Shown here: positions 33,036 to 44,481 of the stretch, in pieces
How the letters are laid out: every line of letters begins with the position of its first letter
Numbering within the stretch: position 1 is the stretch's first letter
Assembly: GCA_965112155.1 (NCBI GenBank)
Contig: OZ218111.1
DNA: 64,000 bases
Direction: 5' to 3' (one strand)
DNA from: Podarcis liolepis
Lineage: Eukaryota
The notes under the pieces: model-generated
The model's input: the letters and a program-made list of their open reading frames with translations, nothing else
Databases searched by the model: none
Told to the model about the DNA's origin: nothing
Translations under genes and position numbers: made by a program

Positions 33036-36000
33036 ATGTTCTTGGTCAAGCTGTTTCAGGGCGAGGAGGAGGAGGAAGGCGAAGGGGCGGGCGCCAGACT
33101 CGGGCCGGTGCTGCTGGAGGGAGGCAGCCCCCATCTTGGACGGAGGGTCCATTTCCTGCTGCCCCACACTATCATCCAGGAGCCCCCGCCCCAGCTTCAG
33201 GAGCGAGCCTTTTACCAGCGGCTGGAGCGCTTGCTGGGAGGAGAAAGAGGCGGCTTTGCAGCGCTCTTTGCGGCTGACGGCTGGGAGGACCTCCGAGGTG
33301 AGGCCCGGAGCGCAGGGGGCTTTCAGGCCAGGAGATGGAGGGTCCCGCTGCTCCCCAGAGGGCCTTGGAGGCAACAGGGCGGCTCGGCCTCTCAGACCCT
33401 ACATGATCCTCTCTGGTGCCAGTCATTGGGGGACGGGGTGACATCGCTGGCTAACAAGCGCCACAGCCAGAAGCCACTGGGGGCAGGAGATGGTTGCTGG
33501 GTTCGCCTCCTCTTAGCCAGAAAGCCCCCCGCCCCAGCGACCCAGACCAGGGGCTGCCCTCACACCCATGGGGTTCTAGAGGTGCATCAGAATGAAGAGC
33601 GGCTTGACTGATGCCCACCTCAGCACCCCACAGAATGTGTGGTGGTGCATCAAAAGGAATAAGAGGATAAACAAAGGCAGCATAATGCAAATGCTTAAAG
33701 TCCTGGGTGACGTGGATTTTTTCCCCCAGGCAGGAGAAAAACTGGTAGGTGTGGGGAACCACATTAAGACCTTCTGATGCCCTCAGCTCTGCCAAGTTTG
33801 AGAGGCCCCATTGTTCTACTCCTTCCCCCAAAAGTATATTAGTCTAACAGATCGGGAAGGCCAAAGAGAGAAATAAATGTTTTGTTTTTGCGTAGATATG
33901 AGTACAGAGAAGTCAAATGAAAACAAACTAGTCCCTTTTTTGCATTTGGAGGCCTTCATCACCTGAAGCCCTAAACTGTGGTGTACTTCACCTATGCGTA
34001 AATCAGACCCTGGCCCAGGACCATTTGGAGGTAACTGGGCAGGTGAGACACTGCAGTACCTCATGGTGGGGAGAAAAGGTCCCTCCATTTGGCCAGAGCA
34101 GGTTGTGTTGTGAGAGAGGGGCTGTAACTTCCTCTTCCTCCATCACTCCCTTGGCCTTCCTTCCTTTGCACCTGGGCAGTTGGAGTTCCACACACTTCCT
34201 CAAGCAAACACCTACACCTGTAGTTGAACTGATGCTCCCCTTTCCACCCTCCAGAGGACAAGTCCCTACGGAAGCGGCTGGTGAAGAGCAGTCCAGAGGG
34301 AGGCAGCTGGCCACAACTGGGCCAAGAGGTTACTGTGAAGATGCTGGGAATCCTGGAGGACCACAGCCTGGTGGAAAAGGACCAAAAGCTCACCTTTGTC
34401 GTCGGCCAGGGGGAGGCAATACAGGTGAGGTGTGGGAAGGCTGCAGCCCAGGGGCTCCCTTGTTCCTTTGTGCATTTTCTCCTCCTGATCCTTTCCCCCC
34501 CTGGCTTTGCCTAGCAGCCTGCCCCACAGGGGCAGCCCATTCTCAGCCCCCATTTCTCTCCATTGCCTGAGCAACTGAATGCCACAAATGGTGGGGAATC
34601 CTGCTGTCGTTCTGCTTCTGTTCTGTTTCAGTGGAAAGGACTGTCAGCTTTGCAGCCACCCCCAACCTCATGCTCATAGGGCCCTCCCTCTACATAGGAT
34701 CTCACCTTTTCTGCCTGTGCGCTATCATAGCAGAGGCCAATGCAGACCACATGAGAATGGCTGTTGCTCCCAAGCCAATGTACTGTTGCACGTAGTGGTG
34801 CTGAGAGGTGTGACAGCAGGATGTGTGTGTGTGTGTGTGTGTGTGTGTTGGGGGGCACTTTGGGTCAGGTCCTTGTTTCCTTTTTCTCTCCCTAGGCTTT
34901 GGACCTTGGCGTCCTCTCCATGCAGCTGGGTGAAATAGCCCTTTTCCTCGCTGGCCCTGCTTGTGCCTACGGTCACCTGGGCAGGTAGTCATCAGTCATC
35001 AATCATTGCTCTGCACTGTGTGGGCAGGGAGGGGGCAACATCTGGGTCCTTGGTGGGGAAAGAGAGCTGTGTGTTCTCAGAGGCCTCTCCTCCTCCTCCT
35101 CCTCCTCCTCCTCCTCCTCCTCCTCCTCCTCCTCCTGCAGAGAGCCAGATATTCCCAAAGATGCCACGTTGCTGTACGAGGTGACTCTGCTGCACGTGCA
35201 GGACTGCCCGGACCTGTTGCTGTTGCCCACCATGGAGCGCCTCAGCCTGGGCAACCAGAAGCGGGAGTGGGGCAACTTCCACTTTGAGCGGGGGGACTAC
35301 CAGCAGGCTCTGCACTCCTATCAGCAGGCTTTGCATGTCCTCTCCCTGCCGGGGACAGGTGAGGCACTGCTCTGAGGGCTTGGGATGCACTGGGGGATGA
35401 AGCCCTCCCAACGCAGCCATGTGGATGCGTGTTGGAAACATGGGGTTGGCAAGGGTTCAATTAGAGCTGACGGGCAGCTTGCCTGGAAATAGTGCCGTGA
35501 GCCCAAATGTGGGCAGTTTGGATGAAAAGGGAGAGGAACCCTGTCCCCGAGGTGCTCTCCCACAAAGGCACACTTGACCCATCCCTACTGCAGAAGCCCA
35601 GTTCTGGGGCTCAGCCCCATCTGCACCTCCTGGCTGGGGGTGATGCTGCACCTATGTGTGTTTCTCTCTAGACTGCCCAAGCCAGGAGGAGGAAGAGGAG
35701 CTGCATGACCATCGGGTCAAATGCCTCAACAACTGTGCAGCCGCCCAGCTGAAGCTGAAGCTTTTGGATGAGGCCCTGGTATCCTGCAATGAAGTTATAC
35801 AGCTTGACCCAGAGAACATCAAGGCACTTTACAGGAAAGGGAAGGTGATGAGGGAAACGCCTCCCAGCCCCTCACCTGCTCCAGGGCCAGGAGGGAAGAA
35901 CTTGGCTAGGGAACGGCATGCTGAAGGCCGTACAGCTGGCTGAGATCCAGAGTGGGGTGGTGGGGGTGATGGCAAAGGTCCCTGTTCCACAATATTGACC

Positions 36001-37128
36001 TAATGCTATATCTGGATTGAAGTGGGGGGAAAGGGAGTTGTGACCACAAGAGGTGAGAGAAGGCATGAGGGAGGGTCAAGGAACAGCTGCAGAGAACAGC
36101 CAGAGAAAGAGGTGGACAAGGGCAGGTTTCCCCAACCCCTACCCAATTCATATACCATCCCATCTCTGTCACTCTCTCTCTGCTATTTAGCTATTGTCAG
36201 AGCGGGGAGAGGACCAGGCAGCCACCGCCGTTCTGAAGAGGGCCCTGCAGCTGGAGCCAACTACCAAGGTGGGGCAACAGGACACACTAGGGGCAAGGGC
36301 GGGCAAGGGACAATAGCAGAGGTGGTGGGGAAGGTCCATCTTTGCTGGGCCAGCTTCATCCTCTGCCACTTTCGGCACTTGCGACTGGCATCTCCTCTTT
36401 TGCTCAGCTCGCGCTGAGATGACATCATATTCCTAGCATTGGTGGGAGGGTGCTCAGCGGACACTGGAGGTGATCCCTCCCCCGTCTTCCAAGTGTATTA
36501 ACCATTTGCTCCCCAGAAGGATTAAAATGACCTTGGCTGTCTCTAGGCTATCCATGCTGAGCTCTCCAAACTAGCAAGGCGGCAGAGGGGGCAGCTGGAA
36601 TGCACTGGCCCAGGAGGGGCCACTCCGGAAGACATGGCAACACCCACCATTGCTCACAGTGCTCAGGTTTGTTATCACAGCCTAGTGAAGGCAAAGGATT
36701 GAGGGTCCTTGTCACTTAGCAGGTGCCTTCCTGCCCCTTTATCCTGGGGGGTGCTGCTGCTGCTGCTGGGTTTTTCCCCCAAGACTGTTCCCGTGGCCTT
36801 GTGGCAGCTGCCTTTGTGGGCATGTTGTTTGGCCAGTGTGGTGTAGTGGTTAGAGTGCTGACTAGGGCCTGGGAGACCAAGATTCAAATCCCCACTCAGC
36901 CATTAGTCTTATTGGGTGACCTTTGGCCAGTCACTGCCTCCAAGCCTAATCTACCTCACAGGGTTGTTGTGAGAATAAAATGGGGAGATGTATGCCACCT
37001 TGAGCTCCTTGGAGGAAAGGTGGAAAAAATGTAAGAGATAAATAAGAAATTGTGAGGCTGTGAAAGCTCATGTGTCTCCTCACTGCCATCTTTTGCAGAC
37101 AGATGCTCCTGCTCCCCAGCCAAGCTGA
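33036..37128 (+). CDS. FKBP8-like peptidyl-prolyl isomerase/TPR co-chaperone, about 379 aa
   Basis: Exons 33036-33297, 34255-34424, 34896-34984, 35141-35358, 35672-35844, 36191-36268, 36547-36666 and probable last exon 37099-37128. FKBP domain (WEDL..LRKRLV..PQLGQEVTV..GEAIQALDLGV..IPKDATLLYEVTL) plus TPRs (KREWGNFHF, VKCLNNCAAAQLKL, NIKALYRKGK, AIHAELSKL). The start codon and last exon are tentative. Confidence 0.88.
34822..34847. repeat. (TG)n microsatellite
   Basis: Visible dinucleotide run. Confidence 0.9.
35088..35136. repeat. (CCT)n microsatellite at the exon-4 acceptor of the FKBP8-like gene
   Basis: About 16 CCT units immediately followed by GCAG and the exon start at 35141. Confidence 0.9.
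36830..37046 (+). mobile_element. tRNA-derived SINE with L2-type tail
   Basis: A box tggtgtagtggttagag, B box gattcaaatcc and core ctacctcacagggttgttgtgag. Related antisense copies at about 50055-50300 and 53100-53340. Confidence 0.75.
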
Positions 37129-37811
37129 GTTGCTGCTGCTTTTCCTGGGTTGACCCTAGAAAGCCTTGCAGAAGTGTGAAGTTCCACCTTCTCTGACAGC
37201 AAGGACTTCTGAGGGGCATCAGGGCCAAATACTTGTTGTGTGTGCCCACTTGTTTCTCCTGGGATGGGGCAGACCCACAGCTGCTATGGAACTGTGTGGC
37301 TCTAAGTCCCAAAAGGAACTCTTCCTCCTCCTCTTTCTCTACCACCACCACCAGCAGCAATTGAGAGGTTTGCAAGCGAAGTTTATTCAAGAATGAAACA
37401 TGGCACCCGAAGTCAAGTGGCTGGCTCTCATTGACACCTTTGATGATGATGTTCCCTAAGTGTAAAGGAAGGCTGTCATTGTGAAAGGGTGGGAAGATCC
37501 TTTCCAGCTGAAGCTGGATACTCTTGAGGCTGGATTTTGCCCTGCAACCCAGCTTGCTGCTTATATTTTCTTCTGTGCTCTATTCATTTCCCTGCCAATC
37601 TGCAGGAAGCCACCTTGGAATACATGTCTCATTCAACCCAAAGACTGGCCTGTTCCTAGTGTTGAGCTGAGGAGGAGAACAAATTCCAGGGTGTGGACAG
37701 ACATACAGCTCCCTGCACGGACTGGCAAAGGGTTTTCTGCATTGTGGGGTGGGGGTGCTCTGCTTCTGGCATGATTATTCTCCCTTTTCTAAAAGCAGAC
37801 AAACACCACTC

Positions 37812-38780
37812 TTACTGTGTTGTGTTCTTCTCCCATACCTCTTTGAAACACAAGTCTGGGCAAAGGAGGGTCTTCATGACTGCCACAAGGGCCAGCCAGG
37901 CAGCACTTTGCAGTTTGGCTGAAAAGAGTGAAAATTGGTTGTATGGAGAGCAGCCTTGTCCCCCCTCAGGATGTACATCTATGTGCACCATAAGGGCCAT
38001 GTACTTCAAGGGTTCCTTATTGCTCTGAAGATCCACCAAGGGCCATTCTGATATCCCAGTTGCCTTGTTTCCCTTGGCAGGGTTCTTCTTCTTCTTCTTC
38101 TTCTTCTTCTTCTTCTTCTTCTTCTTCTTCCTGCTGTTGAAATTGTCTGTGTTCTATCTGCACACACAATATTTACCACCAGTCACCATCACTTCTCTTG
38201 TGGCAGCCTCACTCATGAGCTGTAGCAGGTCAAGTACAGAGAAGGTCCTCCTTCTTCAGTAGGAGAGTAGGAATAACTTCTCTTCTGTCCTAAAAGTATC
38301 CCCTAAATTGTAGAAGGCATATAACCTCTGAACAACTGGATTTTCATAGAGGGTTGTGCGTGTACTTGCAGTTTCAGTTAGGAACATTTCCCACCTCCCT
38401 CTAAGAACTCTCAGGAGGACTCTCTTATGGCCTGGTTTTTCAGGGAGGAACACCTTCAGGTGCTGGGTCACCACAATAGTGAGTTCATGCAAGGGATGTA
38501 GGCTGCAGAGCAACTCAACTACTTTGTTTTGGGTGCTTGGCCTAAAAGCGTCCAGTCTCTGTTGAAGATGGGACAAAGGAACAGCTTCAGCCTCATAACA
38601 ACAGGCATGCCTCGGTGAAAAGGAGCCTAGCAGAGGCCCTGGTGCTCAAATGTAGTGAGCAGCCTTCTTTGAAGCAGTCAGGAGTTCCACAGGTGGGCAG
38701 TCAAAGAAAGAGCCTTGCCTGCAGGAGGAAGTCTTCCTGGTGTTGCTGCTAAGGGCAAAGAGCTGGCGATGTTCCCTCAA
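37812..38780 (-). pseudogene. Probable pseudogene of unidentified family (may extend to the ATG at 40069)
   Basis: One minus-strand frame of about 320 codons with only three internal stops (TGA 38648-38646, TGA 38258-38256, TAG 38156-38154) and protein-like composition. Cut upstream by an L1 3' fragment. Confidence 0.55.
38083..38130. repeat. (TTC)n/(GAA)n microsatellite
   Basis: 16 TTC units. Confidence 0.9.
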
Positions 38781-39130
38781 AAGAAGAATGGCTACAGAAA
38801 CTAATGGAATATGCAGAAATGGCGAAACATCAGAAGAATAAGAAATAAAGATAACAAAGTCTTTAAAGGGGAATGAAAATCATTTATTGAATATTTACAA
38901 ACTCATTGTAAACAAATTAAAACATTAGCAGGATTAATGTAAAAGTGTGCAGTATTGAAAACATATATGAAATGGATGGAAATAAAATATAAAATAGATT
39001 TAGATTCGGGTATGCAGGAAAATAAGAGTAAATAGAAGGAAGAGAGAAAGGGAGTGGAAAGTCAAAATATAATATGTAAAGATGATTCTGTTTGAAATGT
39101 TTGTCATAAATCAAAATTCTATATATATAT
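38779..39130 (+). mobile_element. L1-clade 3' fragment, same lineage as 5547-7503
   Basis: Encodes KEEWLQKLMEYAEMAK, compared with KEEWRMKLMEYAEMDR in the long copy, then an AT-rich 3'UTR. Confidence 0.8.
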
Positions 39131-39467
39131 AGAGAGAGAGTGGGAGCTGGGGAGCTGGTTTCTGAGGAAGAGAAGGCGGTGCTGCCAGGCAATCCATTTA
39201 TGGAGCATTGATCCTGATTTGTTCACAGGGAGATTAGACAATGTTGGTTATTTAATGAGGATTCCCTTGGCGTGTGTGTGGGGAAGGGCAGACAATGATG
39301 AGTCCAAATCTCCTCTGCCGCTGCGCTTCCTGCATAAGGTCTGGGCTTTGAGAGAGGGGTTTTGGTGCACAGGAGCCATCCTGCCTTGGCCAATCTGTGA
39401 TTGAGGCTGCACCCTAACCAGGTACTGAAAACATGTTCTCTCCTGCCACCACTGCCCCAGAATAATC

Positions 39468-39601
39468 CAGGGATAACTCAATTGCTTAGAGTGTGGCACC
39501 TATAATGCCAAGGTTGCAGGTTCGATAAGCTGCATATTCTTGCATTGCAGAGGGGTTGGACTGATGACCCCCAGGATCCATTCCAGCTCTATGATTTTAT
39601 G
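39468..39601 (+). mobile_element. Short tRNA-derived SINE with CR1-like tail
   Basis: ataactcaattgcttagagtgtgg...ggttcga head and ttccagctctatgatt tail. Antisense copy at about 57178-57325. Confidence 0.7.
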
Positions 39602-39849
39602 GTAAAGAACTTGACTCCTTGCAGAGTGAGCCTTCCCTGACCCCTTGACAGAGCAGCGACTGGGAAGCCCCCCTCTGACCCTCTGCTCCATTCAGAGCTG
39701 GCCCAATACATTTTGGTGCCTGAGGCGAACCGCATAATAGTGCCTTCCCTGCCAAATAAGAAGGGAGTGAATGAAGATCTACATCAGAAACAAGGGCTTT
39801 GGGATCCGTTGCCGTCTGAGACAATGGCTTCACTTTGACTCATGGTTGA

Positions 39850-40266
39850 GCCGGTCCTGCCTCCATCCCACGGGGACGGAACCCGCGCAGCACCACCTCT
39901 GCTGGGGGAGCTTGGCCGTCGATCTTGCCACTGCTAGCACTAACTCCGTGCCCAGGACTGGAGAGGAGAGGGCGGAGCTCCTACGGGCCCCGCCACTCTT
40001 GGCTCCACAGCCATTCGCGGCGCAGGGGAGGGGCTTCAAGACCGCCACGTTGCGCCTGTTGCCCTCCATGATACCCCGCCTTCATTTCTGGCCGTCCTTC
40101 CCTGCAGCCAATCGCTGAATGGTCCGCCTGGTCCAGTAGCCGCCTCTTGGCGCTGGCGGGCTAATAGCCTCCTGGCCTCTGTGCGGATTGGCCAATCAGG
40201 CGACAGGGGCGGAGCAGGGCAGGGCTGTGGCCGTAGCTGCCTCGGGGACTCGAACGAAGCGGAGCC
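39850..40266. promoter_or_regulatory. CpG-island promoter of SERF2, possibly bidirectional
   Basis: CpG-rich. CCAAT boxes in both orientations (about 40109; GATTGGCCAATC at about 40186-40197) and a GGGGCGG box. Confidence 0.65.
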
Positions 40267-41462
40267 ATGACGCGTAAGCGGGACTCCCCCCCCCCTCCCG
40301 GTCCGGTCTCGCGCCCCCTTATTACCCTCCGGTGGGTGGGGGAGGATATGGGCTGGAAGGTCCCGTTGCCTCCTTGACTTGCTCACGGCGGGGGGAGTTC
40401 TGCCTCTGCCGCCCTTTTCCCCCGCCCGTCAAGGCTCGGCGGCCCGCAGTGGCCCCCCCCGCCTGACCGGCCCCCGCCGCGCTTACACGTGCACTACCTT
40501 TCTCCGCGGTGCAGGGGGCAACCAGCGCGAACTGGCGCGCAGCAAGAACATGAAGAAGAACGCGGACAAGGGCAAGCGCCGCGACGACGGCCTCTCTGCC
40601 GCCGCCCGCAAGCAACGGTGAGCGCCGGGCGGGAGGGGAACAAGGTCGGGCTGGCTGTCTTTCTGGGCCGGGCCTCGAGCCCGGAGGCGGCGCCTCCTCC
40701 TTAGCATAAAAGACCTGGCCGGGGCAAGAGCCAGGAACGGTTGGCTGCCTCCCCACCCTTCCTGCTTTTCCTATTTCTTCCGCCCCTGGTGGTGAGCGGT
40801 GGGCATCATCCTGTTCTCTGATAGGGACAAGGCTTCTCGTGGCACTAGAAATAGAAGCACCTTAGGGCGGGGTGAGCTTTCCGGGGCTCCTGGCATCCGC
40901 TTCCTTGGATGCCCTCAGTCTGCTTGTCTTTAAGGTGTCTCAAGACTCCTCTATGGCATTGCTGTTGAAGGCTAAGGCTGCCAGTCACAGGTGTCGCCAG
41001 GATTTTTGTTGGGGGGGAGGCATTTGTTGGGGCGGAACCTCAGATTTATATTGATTTTGATTGATTTAGGGGGGAAGCTGCCCCCCCCACTACGTCCATG
41101 CGGCTGTGCCTGAGGTTCCGCCACTGGTTATGGAGGCTCCGCTGAACTGTCCTTGCTGCTGTTCCATCCCTGCTCTTACTTTCCACTCAAATCCTAGCCT
41201 AGCCCCTTGTCAAAGCCCTCAGAGGCCAGAGTGACAGCCCCTTCTCTCAGGCCCAGTGGCAACTGAGGCAGCCCTTGCCCTACCTTTATTTGCCAGCAGC
41301 CCAGCACCTGCCCTCAGGCCCAGGTGCCCCTTCTGGACTCAGTGGCCACAGCCTGACTGCCTTGCCTGTTTTTCTCTCCCCAGAGATTCAGAAATCATGC
41401 AGCAGAAGCAGAAGGCTGCCAAGGAGAAGAAGGAAGAGCCTCAGCAGCAGCAGCCAAAGTAG
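40267..41462 (+). CDS. SERF2: Small EDRK-rich factor 2, 62 aa
   Basis: Exons 40267-40273, 40515-40617 and 41384-41462 give [62 protein letters not shown]. Confidence 0.97.
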
Positions 41463-42004
41463 GCAAGAGGCCTGAGGGGGCCTGCCCAGGTGGTGGCTCC
41501 CTTTCCTTCTCCCTCAACCGCTCACACTCCTGCTTATAGCCACAGTGGCATTATGGGGGCCACCAGACCACCTCCTGCTGAGGCTGGAGAAGAAAGGAGG
41601 AGCCACAGCCTGGTGGGAGCTGGCAAATGCTAGAATCAAGATACTTCATTAAAGTAGTTTTACCCATTTGTCCAGGCTGAAAAAATTACTGCAAGAAATG
41701 AGACGGGCCAGGTCAGCTGCATTGAAGTGAGATGGAGCAATTTATCCACTGTGCGTGTGTGTGTTTATGTGGTTTACAGCCTTGTACAGTGGTCATGGGC
41801 CTATCCTATCACCAACAGCTAGAAGCTTAGATTTGGCACAGCGTAAGGATGAGGTGCCTATGGGAGACAGTCCTGACTTGTAGCTTCATGGAAGATTTTC
41901 TTATGTTGATTTTTTAAAAGGCTTGTCTGCCACCTTTGGGGCATAAACAGCATTTAAACTGACTTAACAATTCATAAAAACGTCTAGACAGTCATGATTT
42001 AAAA

Positions 42005-42270
42005 CAGGCACGTCCAACAAGTAGATCGTGATCTACCGATAGATCACTGAATGTCTGAGGTAGATCACTGGACCCTCAAAAGAAGCTCAACAACTTTGGC
42101 TCCCCTAAAAAAAAAATCAACTTTTGTGCCCTGCACCCCTAAAAAATGGACCATTTTCCTTCCCAAAAAAGCTCAACAACTTTGACCTGAACCCCCAAAA
42201 GGGCGGTAGATCACTGCCAGTTTTTAACTCTGTGAGTAGATCGCAGTCTCGTGGGAGTTGGTCACCCCTG
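42005..42270. mobile_element. hAT-type MITE
   Basis: CAGGCACGTCCAAC...GTTGGTCACCCCTG termini, perfect 8-bp TSD ATTTAAAA and repeated GTAGATC subterminal motifs. Confidence 0.82.
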
Positions 42271-44475
42271 ATTTAAAACAACAACAACATGCTTAAAAAC
42301 AATGTAGAGACCCTAAAGCTGTGAGATCAGGCCACGAGCCGATAAACCATGCAAAGCAGGCAGACTAAGAATATAAAATTACATAAACACAGCCTTTACC
42401 CTAAAGCCCAAGAAACAGGAGAGACTTTGCCTGGTGCCTCTTCACCACACCTTTGAAAAGAAAATAGTAGAGGTGGAAAGGTTCAGAAAGAGCAGTCAAA
42501 ACAATCCAGTGGTTACAGTAAATCCCTTAAGAGGCAAGGTTGCAATATTTGGGGCTTTTTAAAGATAAGCTTTTCTCCTTCTCTGTCATAATGCTAGAAC
42601 CCAGCTGGGGCAAGTCAAGAAAATTACTCTTCAGGACAGGTTCAGACAAGAGTCAGTGACCAGCTCATACCAGAACTCCCATAAAAACCCAGGATTGCCT
42701 CTTTGGGTCAGGGGTCCAGTCCAGCACCCTGTGCCCAGAGAGATGTCTGTGTAAGCTCAGATGCAGGCAGGGTGTGACTGTGGTCGTCTCTCCTGTATCC
42801 CTTCTTGCCTTTTACAGCCCTCTTGCTTAGCCATGCTGGCATCCTGTGGTATAAAGTTGATCTCCTCTAGACTGTAAACCAACTTTTATTTCAGGCTTTA
42901 CGTTGGTGGCTTTAAATTACCTCCAATGAAGTGATGTCACTTTCTTGAACTGGCTTTCTTAGAGCAAAGCCTTCTTCCATAAAAGATAAAGAATCCTCCC
43001 TTTTAAAATTAAATAGAGCTGAGTTCCTGGCCATATTTTGAATAGTTGCTTTTCCCATTCAGTTTGGTGCCGTGCCTGCCTTGCTCCATTGCTAGGGCAC
43101 CAGTTAAGTTAAAATCGGGGCCTAGCCCATGACTGACTGTACCCAGGCCTGGTCACCTGTAGTTGCTTTCTCTGACTCTCCCTTTCTGTGGCCAGCCTCC
43201 TTCCAGGAGTTGCACAGACCCTGATTATCTCTGGGGGAGAGGGCGGTCAACCTTGTGTCTGGTCATCAGGAGGGGCCTGATCTCAGACCTGCTGCATCCC
43301 ACAGGCACAGGAGTACCTCGCATACTGGGTTTCACAGTGCCCTCCCCAACTGACCTTGCATCACCTGTTTGCTTGACAAAGAATGGAAGGGGCTCAGGTT
43401 GGTTTCATCCCACAGAACTGGATCTTGCCCATCCAGTGGCTCCCAAAATGTGGACTCTGCCTCAGAGGCAATGGACCTTGAAGAAGAACCTGGGCAGAGG
43501 GCTGGGATTACCATGACTGCAGGGATCATAGTTTCCCCACGGAGAGACTATGCTCTGTTGGCTCTTGTCAGGTCGCCACAGCCTGTCCCAAATGCTGGCC
43601 TGGATGAGTCTGTCCTCTGATTCTCCTCCTATTGCAGCTGTCCCAAACCAGGCAGGATGCCCCAGATTTGCAAGGCAGAGCATTCCCCATCCACACCTAA
43701 GGAGGATGCTCTAACCCCTCTCCACCTGCCCTGGGTGAGATACTCGAAACAAAAGTTCCTCTCCCAGGGAAATAACCCAAGATCTCCTAACTGTCAGCAA
43801 CTTGCGCAGCCTCAGTTGAGGCAATGCCACCCACACCCACAGTATGTTTGGCCATAGGAGGTCTCCCTGCTGTGCTTTGGGATAAAGAGGATGGTGGGAT
43901 TTTTGGCATAAAGAGTGGCACTAGCCTCTTCTGCTGAGGTGCTCTTCCCCATTCCTCCCCTGCCCCTGAGGAGCCAAGAGAAAGGAAGGCAGCCAAAGTT
44001 CCAATTCAAGAGTTCTCTGGCTGTGGGACAGAGTCCTCCCAGGTGATGCTTTGTAGGAACATTTGCAGGAAGGGCCGTCATGGGCTTTTCAGACACCAGA
44101 AGGTCCCAGGTTCAGTCGCTGATGGCCTCTCCAGGTACAACTGGGAATAGGAACCACAGGTGGAGCCAGCAGAGAGAGAAGGCTGTTCCAATGCTGGGCT
44201 CACTCCATCGTTTCCTCAGCTGAGTCTTGCAAGCCCAGCCTCTACTATCCTCCCACCCCCGACACTAAAAGGTCCTGCCTAACAACAACCACCCTGCCAA
44301 GTTGGCGCATTAGTCTCAACTACTCTGCTGTGAGTTCTAAGGCTGGGCAATTCATACGGAAGGAAAGAAGTAGCGGTGGGGGAAGCAGGTCCACAAGCAG
44401 ACATTAGGATTCAGGAGAGCTGGGTGGGCCCCTGAATCTATAAATGCACCCAGCGGCATTACAGTTGAACAAGAT

Positions 44476-44481
44476 TTTATT
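44476..44481 (-). terminator. Candidate SERINC4 polyadenylation signal
   Basis: AATAAA on the minus strand about 710 nt after the stop codon. Confidence 0.55.

Noticed and set aside
31000-33600. Many overlapping 100-230-aa ORFs in CpG islands (also about 10000-10900, 16500-18100, 40000-40750 and 60100-60750)
   Set aside because: High GC depletes stop codons, and the translations are Arg/Pro/Gly-rich with no domain signal.
36724-37034. Terminal FKBP exon after a 57-nt intron
   Set aside because: The intron is very short for a vertebrate and the frame runs into a SINE.
38065-38262. Poly-Phe hydrophobic ORF on the plus strand
   Set aside because: An artefact of the (TTC)n microsatellite.
38256-38648. 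In-frame TGA codons as selenocysteine or programmed read-through
   Set aside because: No SECIS is recognisable, a TAG also interrupts the frame, and TE insertions disrupt the locus. CGA>TGA decay is simpler.
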